From NCBI GenBank assembly GCA_951406725.2, contig OX597815.1, positions 23,374,001 to 23,438,000 on the forward strand: a DNA stretch of 64,000 nt. The letters are read 5' to 3'. Under the pieces are notes generated by a model. That model saw only the letters and a list, made by a program, of their open reading frames with translations. It had not been told where the DNA came from and did not search any database. A program made the position numbers and the translations under genes. Position 1 is the stretch's first letter; the number at the start of each line of letters is the position of its first letter. Source of the stretch: Octopus vulgaris. Lineage: Eukaryota. Below are positions 62,348-64,000 of this stretch, one piece after another.

Positions 62348-64000
62348 TGTGTGTGATTATTTGTGTGTGCTTGTATGTATGTGTACATTTGAAATGCTAG
62401 TTATAAACTAGAAGTTACACCCACCTTTTTCTTCACCCAGGTTCCACCTCATCATTACTGTTTTTGTCTCTATTTCCAGCTTTACATTGATTACTTCTAT
62501 CCATTCCAGTATAATGCGTCAGCAAGAAATCTATTCCAGCTCCTTCCTTCATACTTAAACCTTTCATCATTAAGAATGAACATGCCTCCTTCTCTATGGT
62601 AGTCTCACTCTCTCAAAGGGGGATCTTAGTCTTGTGAGCTACATGGCAACCTCACAAGTGCTGGTGCCATGAAAAAAGTATCCAGTACACTCTGTAAAGT
62701 GGTTGGTGTTAGGAAGGGCATGCAACTGTACAAACCATACCAAAGCAGACCTTCAAGCACAAAGCAGTCCTTTGACCTGTTGGATCCTGTCAAATCATCC
62801 AATCCATACTTGCATGGAAGATGGATGTTAAAAAAATGATGATTATTGTAATTAATAATTATGATATTAATGCTTTCTGATAAAGGCACAAGGTTAAGAG
62901 TTTTGGGGGAAGGGAATTAGCCAATACCATTGGCCCTCATTACTTTATCTTATCAACTCTCTGAGAAGTTGCGAAGTAAATTGGCCTCTGCAGGATTTGA
63001 GCACAGAATATAGGAGCCAGAACAAATGCCAACCACAAAGCAGTTTTCCAATATTCTAAGAATTCTGCCAGCTCACCACTTTAACAATAAAGATTTCAAA
63101 TTTTGGCACAAGGCCAGCAATTTCAGAGCAGGGGTTGGGGGTGAGGGTAAATTGGTTACATCGAGTCCAGTTCGCAGCTGGTACTTCTTTTATAGACCAC
63201 AAAAAAAAATAAAAGGCAAAGTGGACTTCAGCAGAATTTGAACTCAGAATGTAAAGACCGATGAAATACTATTAAGCATTTTACCCGGTGTGCTGATGAA
63301 TCTTCCAGCTTGCTGCCTTAACAACAACAACAACAATAAAACCAAATAATGATAATAATTATAATTATAATAATAATAATATAAGTATATTTTGAACATG
63401 TACTGAATATATAACTGTTCTAATTTTACTATTTTTATTTTATTTTTTTTCCTATTTGTATATGTTTCTTGAAGTTTGTTTATAACTGTAAAAATATATT
63501 CCTAAATCCTATCATCCATGTTTCAATCCCTTCATACCTCATCTTCAGAGGATGTAGTGATGTTGGCATGAAGAGGGAGAAACAATAGATACCATATTAT
63601 ATAAGGTATCCAAACACTAAAGAATAAAACCATCTGTGAAATCAGCATACATAAGAATGATATTACTCACCATTCTGTTCAATTATTTTGTTATCTTATA
63701 TCTGAAATTGCAAAAATTGCTTTTTGATACATTTGTTGGTTGTTTATTTTATCTACTTCATAAATTTTTTATGATTAAACTTTAAGATCATTTTGATATA
63801 TTCTCACATGAACGTTATTATATCTAAATTCTAATTCATTTTTCTCATCAATGAGATTTGATTTATTATTCCATTAGTATTGGCATTGTTAGGCATCCAA
63901 ATGCCTTATTTCTGTTTTTTTTTCTCTTCCTTTTCATTGTTGGTTGTTTAAGTTGCCTGTGTTTTGAACTAATTTTTTAAAATGAATTTGCTCTTGTGCC

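Overview
Eukaryotic, AT-rich, very repeat-dense DNA. The SINE/LINE/microsatellite repertoire looks like an octopus or other coleoid cephalopod; this is an inference from repeat style, not verified. The window is mostly one + strand multi-exon gene that the ORF track fragments. I assembled 15 GT-AG exons with matching phases from 1164 to 57811 (2397 nt, 798 aa plus stop; the 5' end and signal peptide are upstream of the window). The protein is a receptor-type tyrosine phosphatase with a single catalytic domain (KNRF, DYINA, YIACQGP, WPD, VHCSAGVGRTG and Q-loop motifs). Its visible ectodomain is unusual: a Ser/Thr-rich N-glycosylated region with an RVKR site, then four 6-Cys EB/EGF-like modules on symmetric phase 1-1 exons, a TM helix, and after the PTP domain an acidic tail ending in YTN...TQV. 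Three of the Cys modules come from a recent ~8.15 kb intragenic tandem duplication. It appears to have started when a ~1.05 kb exon cassette was copied into a LINE, and every changed codon between the copies alters the amino acid. The introns also hold a dead copy of the Ser/Thr exon, R4/Dong-, RTE- and CR1-like LINE relics, several SINE families, mini-Helitrons, TTAA-flanked MITEs, long hairpins and Penelope-type hammerhead-ribozyme-like motifs.
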